Origin: an uncultured Pseudomonadota bacterium
Lineage (GTDB): Bacteria > SAR324 > NAC60-12
Reading direction: 5' to 3'
Assembly (NCBI GenBank): GCA_913020725.1
Contig: CAJWCD010000116.1
Location: 1 to 11,474, forward strand
Length of the DNA stretch: 11,474 bases
Shown in pieces: positions 9,825-11,474 of this stretch. The notes under the pieces were generated by a model that was given only the letters and a program-made list of their open reading frames with translations, had not been told where the DNA came from and ran no database searches. The translations under genes and the position numbers were made by a program. Positions within the stretch are counted from its first letter, which is position 1; the number at the start of each line of letters is the position of its first letter.

Positions 9825-10303
9825 CCGCACGTTTTGATGCTGAAGCGAACCGTTTTGTTGGCTTGGTGTGCGGCGAACTCCTGCCCGAGGTCGTGCTGGA
9901 CGGGCATTCCGTGCTGGTGAAACCGGAGGTTGCGGCTGCACAACTGTTGAACGAGCAGCCCGGTACTGGGGAGAAAACTCCCGGAACTGTGCCGCAACCT
10001 TCAGGGGAACCAACCCCCGAAACCCCAACTTCCCCACCGAGCCAGCCCGCGCCTCCGGGGCCACAGCGGCCCAAGCGCTTTTTCGGCAACGTGCGGCTTG
10101 ATCCCCAGCGGGCCTCGCTGCAGTTCAGCCAGATCGGGGAGGAGGTGCTTCAGCATCTGGCGGCTCTGGAGGGGACCGAACTGGAAATCACGGTCGAGAT
10201 TCAGGCGCGGCGCGAAGCCGGGTTCGAAGAGGCCTTGCAGCGCACTGTGCGGGAAAACGCGAACACGCTGGGCTTCGACAATCACAGTTTTGAAGAGGAC
10301 TGA
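9825..10303 (+). pseudogene. 5'-truncated remnant (C-terminal ~159 codons) of a DUF499-family AAA+ ATPase gene
   Basis: An open frame begins at the IS end: ARFDAEANRFVGL...LVKPEVAAAQL, a Pro-rich linker, then KRFFGNVRLDP.R....FSQIGEEVLQHL....GTELEITVEIQA....GF.E..QRTVRENANTLGF..HSFEED*. I recognise this as the C-terminus of large DUF499 proteins. No ATPase domain, ATG or Shine-Dalgarno remains. Confidence 0.75.
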
Positions 10304-10324
10304 CCCCAACCCACAAGGAGGCAC

Positions 10325-11365
10325 ATGGCCTTTCGATTTTTCCGCAGGATCAGGCTCGCGCCCGGATTGTCCCTGAATCTCAGCAAGTCCGGGGCGTCCG
10401 TCTCGCTGGGACCGCGAGGAACGAAACTCACGCTGGGGTCCAAGGGGGTGCGCAAGACCTTGGGGCTTCCCGGAACCGGACTCTACTACACCGAACACGA
10501 CTCGTGGGAGGAGGAGCCGGAAGACGCTCCGGTCGAGTCCGCTCCTCAAACTCCACCGCCAGCCTCTGTGGGTGAACGGTTGGATCTGGGGTTCTTTCAG
10601 CGGTTGATGACCTCCGGAGACGAAATCACGCTGGTGGAGGGGCTGAAGGCGTATGTCGCCGGAGACGAATCCGGGGCGCTGGTTCACTTCCGGGAGGTGT
10701 CGCAGCTCGCCGATGCCGCGTATCTCGCAGGACTGATTGCCCTCCGTCAGCAGTCCAACGAGGAGGCGATCCGCTTCCTGCAAGCCGCCGAGGAGCAACA
10801 TCGTTCCTTGGGACGCTACTTTGAGAAGTACGGGTTGCAGGTCTCGACCTCGCTCCAAATCACCGAGGAACTGTTCGCACAAATCGGCCCCACTCGTCGG
10901 GGGGTGCTGCTTTGTTTGGTGGAACTCTATCAGGAAAAGCGCAAGTACCGTAGCGCCTTGGACTGCTTGCGGACCCTCCGGAAGCTCGATCCCCAAGACC
11001 TCGTGGTGCGGCTTTCCCTTGCCGAATTGCTGCTGGAAGCCCAGCCCAAGAACAAGAAGGTGCAGCACGAGGTGGTGCGGCTCGGCAGTGGCGTGGAGAA
11101 CGAGTCGGCGATTCACACGGCACTGCTGCTCTACAAGGCCCGCGCCCTGCGCCTGCAAGGGCTGCCGGAAGCGGCAAGGCAAACCCTCATCCCGCTGGTC
11201 CGCCGTAAGAAAGGCCGCTCTCCGGAACTGCTTGAGGCCGTGCTCTACGAACGGGGACTCTGTTCCGAAAACCTTGGAGACCGCAAGAAAGCCCGACAGG
11301 ATTTTGAAAAACTCTATGCCCTCAACCCGGATTACGAAGGACTCCGGGAACACTTGGGACTGTGA
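10325..11365 (+). CDS. DUF4236 domain protein with C-terminal TPR-like repeats, 346 aa
   Basis: The N-terminus MAFRFFRRIRLAPGLSLNLSKSGASVSLGPRG.....G..G.R.TLGLPGTGLYY is the DUF4236 signature. It is followed by an acidic/Pro linker and TPR-like helices (AAYLAGLIAL..EEAIRFLQAA; VLYERGLCSENLGDRKKARQDFEKLYALNPDY). AAGGAGG Shine-Dalgarno at 10315-10321. Confidence 0.85.
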   Translation: MAFRFFRRIRLAPGLSLNLSKSGASVSLGPRGTKLTLGSKGVRKTLGLPGTGLYYTEHDSWEEEPEDAPVESAPQTPPPASVGERLDLGFFQRLMTSGDEITLVEGLKAYVAGDESGALVHFREVSQLADAAYLAGLIALRQQSNEEAIRFLQAAEEQHRSLGRYFEKYGLQVSTSLQITEELFAQIGPTRRGVLLCLVELYQEKRKYRSALDCLRTLRKLDPQDLVVRLSLAELLLEAQPKNKKVQHEVVRLGSGVENESAIHTALLLYKARALRLQGLPEAARQTLIPLVRRKKGRSPELLEAVLYERGLCSENLGDRKKARQDFEKLYALNPDYEGLREHLGL

Positions 11366-11387
11366 TTGAGGGGGAGCCTGAAAAAAG

Positions 11388-11474
11388 GTAACTATTCAGG
11401 TACCCCTATTTTTGGGTAGAATACTGATTTTATTGGATTAATTTTGAAAACTGAAAAATTTGAATATTTGATTC
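11388..11474. other. Start of an AT-rich segment, possibly an IS66-family (ISBst12-like) terminal repeat
   Basis: Composition shifts abruptly to AT-rich sequence around GTAACTATTCAGG (11388-11400), which resembles GTAA-starting IS66-type ends. The partner repeat is not in the window. Confidence 0.3.

Noticed and set aside
10001..11353. 450-aa minus-strand ORF
   Set aside because: Antisense to the DUF4236-TPR gene and the DUF499 remnant, which carry the recognisable motifs and the Shine-Dalgarno.

Overview
GC-rich bacterial chromosome segment, diderm because it encodes LptE. The gene content is compatible with a deltaproteobacterial/SAR324-like lineage, but that is only an impression. From left to right: the 3' end of serS; an inositol-monophosphatase-family gene; a decayed GcvT-family FAD oxidoreductase (sarcosine/dimethylglycine dehydrogenase-like) with a large internal deletion and two 1-bp indels; a small putative lipoprotein; a co-directional FIST-domain gene, lptE and dksA; a convergent groES-groEL operon with a CIRCE operator, a candidate sigma70 promoter and an intrinsic terminator; a 54-aa hypothetical ORF; and an L-asparaginase. 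From about 9.3 kb the window is accessory. It holds a 228-bp internally deleted IS30-family element (MITE-like) that the ORF track does not reveal. One end of this element truncates a DUF499-type ATPase gene, leaving only its C-terminal ~159 codons, and its other end reads in frame into a small neighbouring ORF. An intact DUF4236-TPR gene follows the DUF499 remnant, and an AT-rich segment, possibly another IS end, closes the window. The best lead for an undescribed system is the DUF499 ATPase plus DUF4236-TPR pairing as a candidate defence locus, but only a remnant is visible. All family calls come from motif recognition, not database searches.
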